Shown: positions 35,987 to 48,545 of the stretch, in pieces
Layout: each line of letters starts with the position of its first letter
Numbering within the stretch: position 1 is the stretch's first letter
Source of the DNA: Octopus sinensis
Taxonomy: Eukaryota
DNA: 64,000 nucleotides
Direction: 5' to 3'
NCBI RefSeq assembly: GCF_006345805.1
Contig: NC_043011.1
Span: 25,866,464 to 25,930,463 of the forward strand
Notes under the pieces: generated by a model
What the model was told of the DNA's origin: nothing
What the model saw: the letters and a program-made list of their open reading frames with translations, nothing else
Databases searched by the model: none
Position numbers and translations under genes: made by a program

Positions 35987-37038
35987 CCAGATAGCAGCAA
36001 AACACGAGCAAAACAAAAAACTGTTCTCAGTATTTAAGGAAGCTGACAAATACAAACAAGAAATCATACCACCTAATAAACACAAAGAAGAAGAAGATGA
36101 TGAAGAAACAACAAAAGCTATAAAACAAATGAAATCCAAACTAAAAATAGAACAGCAACGAGCCATGATAAAACGATGGCAAGAAAAGCCCCTTCATGGT
36201 AAATACTGCACTAAACTAAACGCAAAAGAAATAGACAAAGAAAAATCCCAGCAATGGTTGAGAAGCTCAGGACTCAAAGCAGAAACAGAGGGATTTTTAA
36301 TTGCAGCACAAGACCAAAGCCTCCCCACCAGAAATTACCAAAAACATGTAATGAAAAGAAATATTACAAGTAACTGCAGAATATGTGGAGATGGACAAGA
36401 AACAATAAATCATATTATCTCTAGCTGCCCAGTCCTGGCTAAGAAGGAATATATTCACAGACATGACAGAGTTGGAACCTACATACATTGGAAGCTATGC
36501 CAACATTATGGAATAACAACAGAAAAAAGATGGTATAGGCACACACCAGAAAAGGTCACAGAAAACGAGAAAGCAACCATACTCTGGGATATGCCGATAC
36601 ACACAGATAGAGAAATTAAGGCCAACAGACCAGATATAGTTGTCAGAGATCATGAAGAAAAAAAATGCTTTCTAATTGATGTATCAATACCGGCAGATGA
36701 CAACGTGTCTCTAAAAGAAATGGAGAAACTCTCAAAATACAAAGACCTGGAAATAGAGATAACTAGAATGTGGAACCTGAAAACAGAAACAATTCCTATC
36801 ATAGTAGGTGCATTAGGCATGATAAAAAAATATTCAGACAAATACATAACAAAAACACCAGGACTTACAAACACATATAACATACAGAAAATTGCACTAC
36901 TAGGCACTGCACACATCCTACGCAGAACACTTTCCATACAATAACCATCAGAGCATCACAACAAATCACAGCACATACCCAAGGCACACAGAGCTGCGCT
37001 CGGTAGTGAAGTGAAAGCACGCTATAAAAATAAAACTA

Positions 37039-37041
<3 letters not shown>
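35985..37041 (+). mobile_element. R4/Dong-clade LINE 3' fragment (CCHC and RLE), subfamily 2, open reading frame intact to the stop
   Basis: KPLHGKY..WLRSSGLKAETEGFLIAAQDQ..CRICGDGQETINHIISSC..RHD..RPDIVV..LIDVSIP..EKLSKYKDL, stop at 36944, 3'UTR then (AAT)n. Confidence 0.92.
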
Positions 37042-37091
<50 letters not shown>

Positions 37092-37102
37092 TAACAATAA
37101 AT

Positions 37103-37663
37103 GCCCTGATGCAATACCAAGCAGTGACCCTCATGGCTTCTCATCTTAACTGATTGGAAATGTTATCACGTATCTTGTTTTGTCTTGGTATAAAAGATGA
37201 GCTACAGCAAATATTCTGCTCAATGCCACAGATTTGCTTGTCAGTTGTTTGACCTTAACCAGTCGAGCATGCCCCTTAATGGGCGATGATATGTGCATCT
37301 CTGATCACGAGCAGAAGTAGTGGGGTAGCATCATAGCCATGTGTTGAGAGGAATTCTTTGGGGTTTGGATAATTCACCTTTGGAAACATGGGTGCTTCGT
37401 TCAACATCCTTAAACGACCCTTATTCAGGGACCTGTAGAGCGGAATGGATTACTTGACCTGAAGAAACTTCTAACTGGGCCCCACCTGCAAGGTCATGCA
37501 CTGTTTATCTTGATATGAAACCACCATGTCGCGCACATATGGTTGTGGTGCATGTACTTGGGTATATAACGTACCCTTATCAGACGGATTATCATGATGA
37601 GTATACAGGGCTTCGTATATTTTACCCAGTGTCACTTTGATGGCATACCCTGCTTTCTCATTC
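37103..37663 (+). mobile_element. ~560-bp non-coding element embedded in (AAT)n, copy 1
   Basis: gccctgatgca..ctgctttctcattc, homologous to 37714-38267 and 63351-63820. Confidence 0.85.
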
Positions 37664-37712
<49 letters not shown>

Positions 37713-37713
37713 T

Positions 37714-38267
37714 GCCCTGATGCAGTACCAGGCAGTGGCTCTCATGGCTTCTGATCTTAACTGATTGGAAGTGTTATCATGTACATTGTTTTGTCTTGGT
37801 ATAAAAGATGGGCTACAGCAAATATTCTGCTCAATACCACAGATTTGCTTGTCAGTTGTTTGACCTTAACCAGTTGAGCATGTCCCTTAGTGGCTGACGA
37901 TATGTGCATCTCTGATCACGAGCAGAAGTAGTGGGGGAGCATCATAGCCATGTGTTGAGAGGGATTCTTTGGGGTTTGAATAGTTCACCTCTGGAAACAT
38001 GGGTGGTTCTTTCAACATCCTTAAACAACCCTTATTCAGGGACCGTTTGAGCGGGATGGGCTACTCAACCAGAAGAAAATTCTAACTGGGCCCCACCTGC
38101 AAGGTCATGTGCTGTTTATCTTGATATGAGATCACCATGTCGCGCACATATGGTTGTGATGCATGTGCCTGGTGTACCTTTATCAGACGGGTAGTCATGA
38201 TGGGTATATTGGGTTTCGTATATTTTACCCCAGTGTCACTTTGATGGCATGAACTGCTCTCTCACTC
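37714..38267 (+). mobile_element. ~560-bp non-coding element, copy 2
   Basis: Same ends as copy 1, separated from it by (AAT)n. Confidence 0.85.
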
Positions 38268-38299
38268 AATAATAATAATAATAATAATAATAATTTCAA

Positions 38300-39740
38300 T
38301 TTTTGGAACAAGGCCAACTCTTTTTCAGGAGAGAGAAAAGTTGATTACACGACCCCACTACATGACTGGTCCTTATTTTATTGATCTCGAAAGGATGAAA
38401 GGCGAAGTCGATTTAGACGGAATTTGAACTCAGAAACGTAGAGCCAGAAGAAATGCTGCTAGTGATTCTTTTCTACTCTAGGCACAAGGCCCGAAAATTT
38501 GGAGGGGACCAGTCAATTAGATCAACCCTAGCACGCAACTGGTACTTAATTTATCGACCCCGAAAGGATGAAAGGCAAAGTCAACCTCGGCGGAACTTGA
38601 ACTCAGAATGTCATGACGGACGAAATACCAATTTCTTTACTACCCACAAGGGGCTAAACACAGAGGAGACAAACAAGGACAGACAAACGGATTAAGTCGA
38701 TTCCATCGACCCAGTGCGTAACTGGTACTTATTTAATCGACCATGAAAGGATGAAAGGCAAAGTCGACCTCGGCGGAATTTGAACTCAGAACGTAGCGGC
38801 AGACGAAATACCTATTTCTTTATTACCCACAAGGGGCTAAACACAGAGGAGACTAACAAGGACAGACATAGGTATTAAGTCGATTACATCGACACCAGTG
38901 CGTAACTGGTACTTATTTAATCGACCCCGAAAGGATGAAAGGCAAAGTCGACCTCGGCAGAATTTGAACTCAGAACGTAGCGGCAGACGAAATACCGCTA
39001 AGCATTTCGCCCGGCGTGCTAACGTTTCTGCCAACTCGCCGCCTTAACAATAATCCTTTCTATTATAGGCACAAGGCCTGAAATTGTGGGGGATGGGACT
39101 AGTGGATTACATCAACCCCAGTGTTTCACTGGTACTAAATTTATCGACCCCCGAAAGGATGAAAGGTAAAGTCGACCTCTGTAGAATTTGAACTCAAAAC
39201 ATAAAGACGGAAGAAATGCCACTAAACATTTTGTTCGGCAAATCTTTAAAATTTTGGCACAAGGCCTGCAATTTTAAGGGGCCTGGTGTAACTCAATTAC
39301 ATCGACCCCGGTACTTGATTTGCACTTCCTTTCATCGACAACAGAAAGGAGGAAAGGCAAAGTTGACCTTTGTGGAATTTGAACCTAGAACGTAACGAGA
39401 ACCGAAGAAATGTCGCTAAGCATTTTGTCCGCTGCACTTAACGATTCAGCCAGTTAAGCACTTTGTTTCAAACAATATGGCGGAATGGTGGTGGTGGTGG
39501 TGGTAGTGGTGGTAGTGGTGGTGGTGGTAGTGGTGGTAGTGGTGGTGGTGGTGGTGGTGGTGGTGGTAGTGGTGAGGTGTCCAGTCGTTTACATCGACCC
39601 CCCCCAACTTGACTGTTACTTTATTTTATCAACCCTGCAGGGGGTGGGGTGGGGATAAAAAAAGGCAAACATTGACCTCTGCGGGGATTTGAACTCAGAA
39701 CGTAAAGAGCTCTAATGTTTCTGCCAGCTTACCACCCATG
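38300..39740 (-). mobile_element. Cluster of about 7 co-oriented SINE family B units, including a trimer at ~38460-39045
   Basis: Repeated gaaaggatgaaaggcaaagtcgacc cores; 183-bp units start at 38629 and 38812. Confidence 0.9.
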
Positions 39741-40424
39741 GTGGTGACGGCGATTATAACGATGACGATAATGATGGTGATGATGATGATGATGATAATT
39801 TATTAATAATAACGATTTATTCTATTTGTTTATTTTTTTTTAAATTTCATCTTAATAATAATTATCTATAGGTCAACTCTGATTGAGCAAACAGATGATC
39901 AAAGGTGTTTTGGCCTTCGTTTATATCGTTGTTGTTGTTGTTGTTGTTCAAGTTGTTGCTGTTGTTGTTGTTGTTGCTGTTACTGTTTGGCCATAAAACG
40001 TTTGAAGAAAAATCATTAAACAGGAATATATTCCGGTTGATTTAATTTTATTTAAAGCCTGTCTTTTTTAACTAATTGCGAATTTTTACAAACACCTAGT
40101 TTATATTTCTTTATCTATAATTTTAATTTTAATTGCTTGTTTAAAGTAATTACAGTTATATTTTTTAAAAAAAACATTGAAGAATTTTTCGAAAAGATAA
40201 AAAAAAATAGAAATAAAATAAAGTTACGGAGAAGGGCTTGTTTTGAAACTCCACTTTTAAATTACATCTTCTTAAAGTTTTATAGATAATTTTATTTTAT
40301 AAACAAAAAAAGGCACAACGTTGATGTTCTGGAACCTTTACTTCCAAAGCTTTTCCGGATTTCTGGTTTTTGCGAACCAAGGGAAAAACACACTCTAAAT
40401 TAAACAAATATTTTAATTCTAAAA

Positions 40425-40820
40425 AGGCATAGCTGTGTGGTAAGAAGTTTGCTTCCCAAACAAATGGCTCAAGGCTCATGCCCACTTCGTGGCGCTTTGG
40501 GCAGGTGTCTTCTACTTTAGCCTCGGGCCGACCAAGTCTTTTGAGTGGATTTGGTAGACTGAAAACATGGAAACTGAAAAAAAGTCCACCGTATACATAT
40601 ACGTGTATCTGTGTTCTCCCCCTCCCTACACACACGCACAGACTGCTTGACAACCGGTGTTGGTGTGTTTACGTCCCCGTAACTTAGCGGTTCGGTCAAA
40701 GTCACCAAGAGAATAAGTACCAGACTTTAAAACGAATAACTACTGGGGTCGGTTCGTTCGACAGAAATTCTTCAAGGCGGTGCCCCAGCATGGCCGTAGT
40801 CTAATGAATGAAACAAGTAA
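40425..40820 (+). mobile_element. SINE family A
   Basis: ggcatagctgtgtggtaagaag..cagcatggccgtagtctaatgaatgaaacaagtaa. Confidence 0.85.
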
Positions 40821-40852
40821 GAAATGATTGTGTATTCGTATATACAAGTTCA

Positions 40853-41434
40853 TTCTTTTCTACTCTAGGCACAACGCCCGAAATTTTGGGGGATGGGGCC
40901 AGTCGATTAGATCGACCCCAGTACGCAACTTGGCACTTAATTTATCCACCCTGAAAGGATGAAAGCAAGGTCGACTTCGGCGGAATTTGAACTCAGAACG
41001 CAAAGACAAACAAAATACCCATTTCTTTACTGCCCACAAGGGGCTACACACAGAGGGGACAAACAAGGACAGACAAACGGATTAAGCCGATTACATCGAC
41101 CCAGTGCGTAACTGGTACTTATTTAATCGACCCCGAAAGGATGAAAGGCAAAGTCGACCTCGGCGGAATTTGAACTCAGAACGTAGCGGCAGACGAAATA
41201 CCTATTTCTTTACTACCCACAAGGAGTTAAACACAGAGAGGACAAACAAGGACAGACAAACAGATTAAGTCGATTACATCGACCCCAGTTCGTAACTGGT
41301 AATTATTTAATCGATCCCGAAAGGATGAAAGGCAATGTCGACCTCGGCGAAATTTGAACTCAGAACGTAACGGCAGACGAAATACGGCTACGCATTTCGT
41401 CCGGCGTGCTAACGTTTCTGCAGCTCGCCGCCTT
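40853..41434 (-). mobile_element. SINE family B trimer
   Basis: Units start at 41019 and 41202 (183-184 bp); head ends gctcgccgcctt. Confidence 0.9.
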
Positions 41435-42308
41435 ACGATACAAGTCTATTAATATTACACTGTACATGGTACTAGTTTGTGCAAGGTGTCGGTAAACTAT
41501 TCCGGCGACTGTGGGAATTCGAAGTTCCTCCTTGTAAATTAGCGCAGATTATAAAACGTGCTGGACCATCGGTTTCCGGAAAGTTGGTGTTGTATCTGTA
41601 ATACTTTATTCTTTTACTTGTTTCAGTCATTTGACTGTAGCCGTGCTGGAGCACCGACTTGAAAGGTTTTAGTCGAACAAATCGACTCCAGGACTTTTTT
41701 AAAGCCTGGTACTTATTCTGGTACCGGTTTCGAAATTTAGCGCCAAATAGGTGCCTGATCTCTCATCAGCCAAAGTCCGCCGGTTGACCAGCATTTACTT
41801 GTTCTTACCCATTTGAGGTAAGACACTATTGTTGTTCACTGATATTTTTTCCTATCTTGTCTGTAATGGATTTGTGACTATTCGGTGGTACAGAAGTATT
41901 TTTTGACTTCTATCTTGTGTATATATGTACATATCTAATATTGTATGTATATTACACACACACACACACACAAACATATGCAACTTAATATGGAGCAGGA
42001 AGCTAGCAAGTAACTCTTAAATCAAGTCTTCAGGCTAGACACGTGATCTTACTTTTCAAATATAAAAGTAAACAGTGTATCTTTCTACGCTGTTATCTGT
42101 ATCAATCTCGCATCCTATAAGGAGAAAATGCGCTGCTTATCTGTTTAATGCTATAGATAAACCAGTTAAGCACCAGTGCAATGAACATTCTATACATCGA
42201 TGAAAGAATCTGGACTCGTCACACAATGGAAATAGTCTTAGGCAATCATTCATCAAAGATTTTCCTTCCTCGTATTACCTCTTTACAGGGAAACTGTACC
42301 TAGTTGTA

Positions 42309-42686
42309 GTGGAGGCGCAATGGCCCAGTGGTTAGGGCAGCGGACTCGCGGTCATAGGATCGCGGTTTCGATTCCCAGACTAGGCTTTGTGAGTGTTTAT
42401 TGAGCGAAAACACATAAAAGCTCCACGAGGCTCCGGCAGGGGATGGTGGTGATCCCTGCTGTACTCTTTCACCACAACTTTCTCTCACTCTTACTTCCTG
42501 TTTCTGTTGTACCTGTATTTCAAAGGGCCGGCCTTGTCACTCTCTGTGTCACGCTGAATATCCCCGAGAACTACGTTAACGGTGCACGTGTCTGTGGAGT
42601 GCTCAGCCACTTACACGTTAATTTCACGAGCATTGATTCGGATCAACCGGAACCCTCATCGTCGTAACCGACGGAGTGCTTCCCAC
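42309..42686 (+). mobile_element. SINE family C, tail type 3
   Basis: gtggaggcgcaatggcccagtggttagggcagcggactcgcggtc..ggtttcgattccc, tail ends cgtcgtaaccgacggagtgcttccca. Confidence 0.88.
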
Positions 42687-42779
42687 CTAGTTGTACTAAT
42701 TTGTAGCAATGTATTCTGGGCATAGCAGTGGACCTTTCCTTTCATCCTTCCAAGTCGATAAAATATAGTATCAATTAAT

Positions 42780-43080
42780 CGCGTTGAATTGGCGGAATGG
42801 CTAAGAACATCGGGGGAAATGATTGGTAGTATTTGTTCTGGTAATGTCGACTTCGGCAGAATTTGAACTCAGAACGTAAAGACAGACGACGTACCGCTAA
42901 GCATTTTGTTTATCGTGCTAATGATTCTGCCAGCTCAGAATGATAGTGCTGGCATCAAATTTTGGCACAAGGCTAGCAATATCGGGGTTAAGTCGATTAC
43001 AACTGGAACTTATTTTATTCGACCCCGGAAGGATAAAAGGCAAAGTCGACCTCGGCATAATTTGAACTTAGAAAGTAAAG
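42780..43080 (-). mobile_element. Two degenerate SINE family B copies
   Basis: gtcgacttcggcagaatttgaactcagaacg and aaggcaaagtcgacctcggcataatttgaac. Confidence 0.7.
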
Positions 43081-43414
43081 ACGGTCGAAGTGTAATCTGT
43101 AAGTGGAATAGTAAAAATATGCAAGACTTTCTAAGAGTTCGATATCTTAAATTATCGTTGTTGTTATTTCATTTTCAACAATGGCGCTTTATTTTTTGGT
43201 TAAAAAAAAAACAGCTCCCTCCTTTTAGGAAACATTGTAATAAATTTTAAAAAGTAGATATACAAAGATGCATGAATGAATGAATGAATCAATCAATGAA
43301 TGAATCAATCAATCAATCAATCCATCCATCCATCCATCATCCATCCATCCATACATACATACATACATACATACATACATACATACATACATACATACAT
43401 ACATACATACATAC

Positions 43415-44530
43415 ATGGTGACTGCTCCATTTTCCCAGACGATTGCCGTCTTTCTAAGCTTCCTCGGTGTCGTTTGCATTTCTGACATTCTGTCTATGAC
43501 ACTCCACAGATGATTATTCAGTCCGGTTGCAGATCTGAATCATTTGAAGCTTTGGTGACAGACGAAAGCTGTAACTTCCACTGGATTGATCGAATTATTT
43601 TGCGAGATGGGATCCCAGTGAATTGCCGTATGTCTCTTCAGACCCGAAATCGCTTTGCAATTCCTTTCACACTCTAAACACATTGAATCCCCCGATCCAG
43701 AAGGAAGGACAATGCATACAGTTCACATTTTACAGGACTTCAGATGGCTGACAGCCCTCCGAAGCCAACGCTTTAGGCTTTCGGGCTCAAGACGACTCTC
43801 TTCAAAAGTTTTACCTTCCCTTATACGCTTTCTCCACTCAGCTCTTTCCAAAGCTAGTTCTTCCCGGTTTTTTTTCATTGATCCACAGTTCCTTGAGGTT
43901 ACCTTTTATGTAGCCTTTGTATCATTTTTTTGTGCTGAGGACGCTTTCAAGTGAACAACTCACTGCAGAACAACTGCTTTGGAATCCCCTTGCTCTCCAT
44001 ACGTACAACATGGTCTGCTCAATGCATCCGAGTAGATATGATGAGTGACTATGACTGGATGCATATGCATCCTGCCTTCACAACGACCTCTCAGTCAAGT
44101 GTTTTACTTTACTACTTGATGTTGAGGATGTCTCTATCGTTTTTTATGAAAGCACTCAAACAGCTTGAGATGCATACGGTGTACTGCTCATATTTCAGAG
44201 GAGTACAACTGAGCCGTTTGTACATGTTTTGTAAACGTTCAGCTTGATCTTGTTGGGGGTGCCACGATTTTCAAGCTTCCGAAATGCCAAAAATGATGTC
44301 TGAATGCGTAGATGTATTTCTGCATCTCAGCAACCTGCAGCCTTCGTAAACAAGTGTCAAATACACCCAATCTTGAACCGTATACTACGATATCTGGCTC
44401 AATATACGGTTCTCCAGGTAACGGATGTGAACATTACTTTGGTTGTATTTTAAAACTTATTTGAAGACAGAAGGCTGTACATGAAGTAATAAATCCATGT
44501 TGTGTTGTAAGTCATCAGAAGTGCAAGTCA
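43415..44530 (-). mobile_element. Old RTE-clade LINE 3' half, heavily mutated
   Basis: Minus strand reads, with stops and shifts, FITSCTAF.LQI, RLQVA, LYSSE..VHRMHLK, YKGYIKGNLKE..EELALERAEWRKRIREG. Confidence 0.75.
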
Positions 44531-44964
44531 GGAAGTCAGTTCTGCATAAAGGAGTTCTCTGATCAAAGTTTCAAACGTTTTCGTTATGAAGTTGAACCTT
44601 CTCAAGTTAAAAACTCTTCCAATAGTTCTAAACTGCAAGAGGGCGTCCTTATCACAATCGAGGAAAGTATGCGTAAGCAGAGTATCAAAGAATACATACA
44701 TACATACATACATACATACATACATACATACATACATACATACATACATACATACATACATACATACATACATACATACAAACAAACAATAACTGTGAGA
44801 CATACTCAGGTGAAAAATAATGTGCAAGTTCGCTTTCTTTACATTTTAACAAGAATGTATGAAGTGATCTTACCACGCTGTGCAGACTTCATAAAGGTGT
44901 TCGGGTTAAGTTTGACAGTTTGCCTAAAACGAAAAGAATATCGCGTCCAAAAACATAAAAGTAT

Positions 44965-45128
44965 TACTCTTTTACTTGTTTCAGTCATTTGACTGCGGCC
45001 ATGCTGGAGCACCGCCTTTAGTCGAACAAATCGACCCCAGGACTTATTCTTTGGAAGCCTAGTAGTTATTCTACCGGAACCATGTGGTTCGTAAGAAAGC
45101 TACTTACCACACAGCCACTCTTGCGCCT
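44965..45128 (-). mobile_element. SINE family A with internal deletion (head joined to tail)
   Basis: Tail ..cctagtagttattcta is joined directly to ccggaaccatgtgg..gccactcttgcgcct. Confidence 0.85.
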
Positions 45129-45149
45129 AAAATTTTTTTTTTTTAAATA

Positions 45150-45420
45150 CCAACTAGATTATGGTTAGAAGATAACAGTCTACTCAAAGTAGATGCCCTC
45201 AGCTTCCACCACAGCCTCAAGATGGCTTCAGAACCTGACTCATATATTCTTTACTGTGTCCCTGAGCATATTTTTAAACACCCCTTTGTTCTCGGCCACC
45301 AGTTCAGCCTTCCGGGGATATGGAAAGGAGCCAAATGCTACTGCCATACATGCTGCCTTCCAGTAGAAACTCTCTCCAAGCAGGGTTTGACCACAGTCTC
45401 CAGGAGCTTCAGAGGGCCCT
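45150..45420 (-). pseudogene. maT/DD37D-type transposase C-terminal relic, internally deleted
   Basis: LKLLETVVKPCLERVSTGRQHVWQ*HLAPFH..RF*SHLEAVVEAEGIYFE*, compared with the family pattern KPW..V..GRPYVWQQDSAP.H..RFRSRLEAVVEAEG. Confidence 0.75.
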
Positions 45421-45986
45421 GTTCAACGACGTGGGAATAAATACCGCTCTGGGGGCGCAGTCAGAACACCTACTACGTCTCGTTCAGCTGGGTACGGTTT
45501 CGTAGGCTCCGTTGCAGCTGTCTTGCGGCCTTTGCAGTGTTCACAGAGCATTGAGCAGCAGTCAAAGTTTTCGGCGCGAGTCATCGTGATACAAGCAACT
45601 CTTTTCAATATTCAGATAGCTTCCAGTCCTCTATATCAGCTCTTTCTCAACCACAGCTTTAATCGTTATGCTCTCCAATGCCATTGACTCTTAACCAATA
45701 TATCGAGCTGTTCCTGGGAAGAGACATAAAAAAATCACCAAATTTAACCTGACACCTTGTGTATATATGTGTATGTGTGCGTGTGTTTATACACACAAAC
45801 ACACATAAACACACACACTCACACACACACACATACTTGTTCATGAAGGCAATGATACTACAATTTATTTATTTATTATTTAATTAATGCTTACAGTTTG
45901 CAAGATTGTTTCAGCTCTCAAAAGAACTGAACTTGGCCGCATTCCAATGACTGGCACCAGTAATAGTCAAAAAAGAATAATTAGGA

Positions 45987-46024
<38 letters not shown>

Positions 46025-46344
46025 ATAACATCAACAACAACAACAATAACAAATGGCAATAAATAAAACTAAAAATCAATGATATATTGGCCGAAGAATT
46101 TATTGGAAGCTTGCACAATCGTTCGTCAATTTGTCTTCAAAGGTCCTTCCTGCATCTCTCTGAACACGTGATAAACAGCACCAGAACAGCCTGAATTCCG
46201 AACACCTTTTTGCATATTCTGATGGCATGTAGACCATGTTTGCGCTCGAACCGCTTATCGCAGTTGTCGCAGGTAGCCAACAGGCTGGAATGAGAAACAC
46301 ATTAAAATGACAGAACTTCTTTCTTTCTTTCTTTCTTACTACAC

Positions 46345-46400
<56 letters not shown>

Positions 46401-46634
46401 ATCTCTCTCTCTATCTATCTTTCAACTTCCCTCCTTCTCCTTCATCTCTATTTTATTCTTTCTTTTTACCCTGTCCTTTTTTTTTTCTTTGCAAGACCTG
46501 GAACCCCAGAAAACGAAAGCCCGTTATTATTGCTCTTCTTGTTATTTAGCTCCATGTCAGTCTTAATCCAACAGACCTATAATCAAAGACGTTCTATACG
46601 TGGCCATCACAATATTTTTCTTTCAGACTTTCGC

Positions 46635-47148
46635 GCTGGCATGGCTTTGTGGTTAAGAAGCTCTCTTTGAAACCACCTGCTTTCAGGTTCAGTCCCACTG
46701 CACAACACCATGAGAAGATGTCTTCTACTATAGCCCCCGGCTGACCAAAGTCTTGTGAGTGAATCTGGTAGGTGGAAACTGTGTAGAAGCCTGCCGTATG
46801 TGTATGAGTCTCCATCGTTTGAAAACTGGTGTTGGGGGGGTTTTTTTTTTTGTATCATCCCTGTAATTTTCTGGTTCGGTAAAAAGAAATCGACAGAATA
46901 TAAACCAAACCTTTGAAAGGCAGTTTTATTATTTGTTTAAAGTCTTTTGAAATTTAATTTAATGAAAGAAAAAAAGATATATAATCTCCCACTTCTTTCA
47001 GTCGTTAGACTGTGACCACGCTGGGGCAGCGCATTAAAGGATCTTAGTCGAACGAATCGACCTCGTACGAATCTCTTGTTTTTTCAAAGCCTGGCACTTA
47101 ATCACTTTCTGCAGAACCGCTAAGTTACGGGAGACACACATATTGTGT

Positions 47149-47179
<31 letters not shown>

Positions 47180-48455
47180 TCTTACTCTTTTACTCTTTTA
47201 CTTGTTTCAGTCAGTTGGCTGCGGCCATACTGGAGCACCGCCTTTAGTCGAGCAAATCGACCCCGGGACTTATTCTTTGTAAGCCCAGTACTTATTCTAT
47301 CGGTCTCTTTTGCCGAACCGCTAAGTGACGGGGACGTAAACACACCAGCATCGGTTGTCAAGCAATGCTAGGGGGACAAACACAGACACACAAACACACA
47401 CACACATACATATATATAGATACATATATACGACAGTTTCCGTCAACCAAATCCACTCACAAGGCATTGGTCCGCCCGGAGCTATAGCAGAAGACACTTG
47501 CCCAAGATGCCACGCAGTGGGACTGAACCCGGAACCATGTGGTTGGTTAGCAAGCTGCTTACCACACAGCCACTCCTGCGCCTATATATATATATATTAT
47601 ACGATGAGCTTCCACACAGTTTCCATCTCCCGAGTTCACTCACAATGCACTGGTCGGCCCGGGGATATAGCAGAAGACACTTGCTCAAAGTTCCGCACAG
47701 TGGAACTGAACCCGAATCTACGTGGTCGCGAGGCAAGCTTCTTAACCACACAGCCATGTCTGCGCCTACATAAGATTTGATATGATATACATTTGGGCAT
47801 AGGAAAATCTAAAAACACTAATTCAAACACAGGTCATTACGAAAAGAAATTTCTGGTTCTTGCTTTACAAAAAAGATTATCGAAATGACCACAGATTGAA
47901 CGGTTTAAAGTCAATCGTAGGTCTTCTCAATTAGGTCTGATTGAGGGATAAACGACAGCACAGGTAACAGTAGTTCTTTATTAGGGTTTGTTGTACAGGT
48001 GTTTTTCGGCTTTTCAATGGTTGCGTACTCTAACTGATGTACCACTTCCCAACAAGTTGGAAACCCACTCTTTTTTACTTGTTTCAGTCAGTTGACTGCG
48101 ACCATGCTGGAGCACCGCCTTTAGTCGAGCAAATCGACCCCAGGGCTTATTCTTTGTAAGACTAGTACTTATTCTATCGGTCTCTTTTTGCCGAACCGCT
48201 AAGTTACGGGGATGTAAAACACACCAGCATCAGTTGTCAAGCGATGTTGGGGGACAAACACAGACACACACACACATATATATATACATATATACGACGG
48301 GCTTCTTTTCAGTTTCCGTCGACCAAATCCACACACAAAGCTTTGGTCGGCCCGAGGCTATAGTGGAAGACACTTGCCCAAAGTTCCACGCAGTGGGACT
48401 GAAACCGGAACCATGTGGTTGGTAAGCAAGCTACTTACCACACAGCCATTCCTGC
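46635..48455. mobile_element. SINE family A cluster (+ 46635-46900; - 46995-47130, 47180-47582, 47600-47767, 48070-48455)
   Basis: Repeated family-A heads, cores and tails. Confidence 0.9.
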
Positions 48456-48504
48456 GTCACTGTCAAAGATTTTTGCAGCATGGAGGGAGACAGAGAGGGG
48501 GAAT

Positions 48505-48545
<41 letters not shown>

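Noticed and set aside
46100-46300. GPCR TM6/TM7-like reading (CWLP..N..Y)
   Set aside because: The spacing between the motifs is far too short and there is no hydrophobic TM7.
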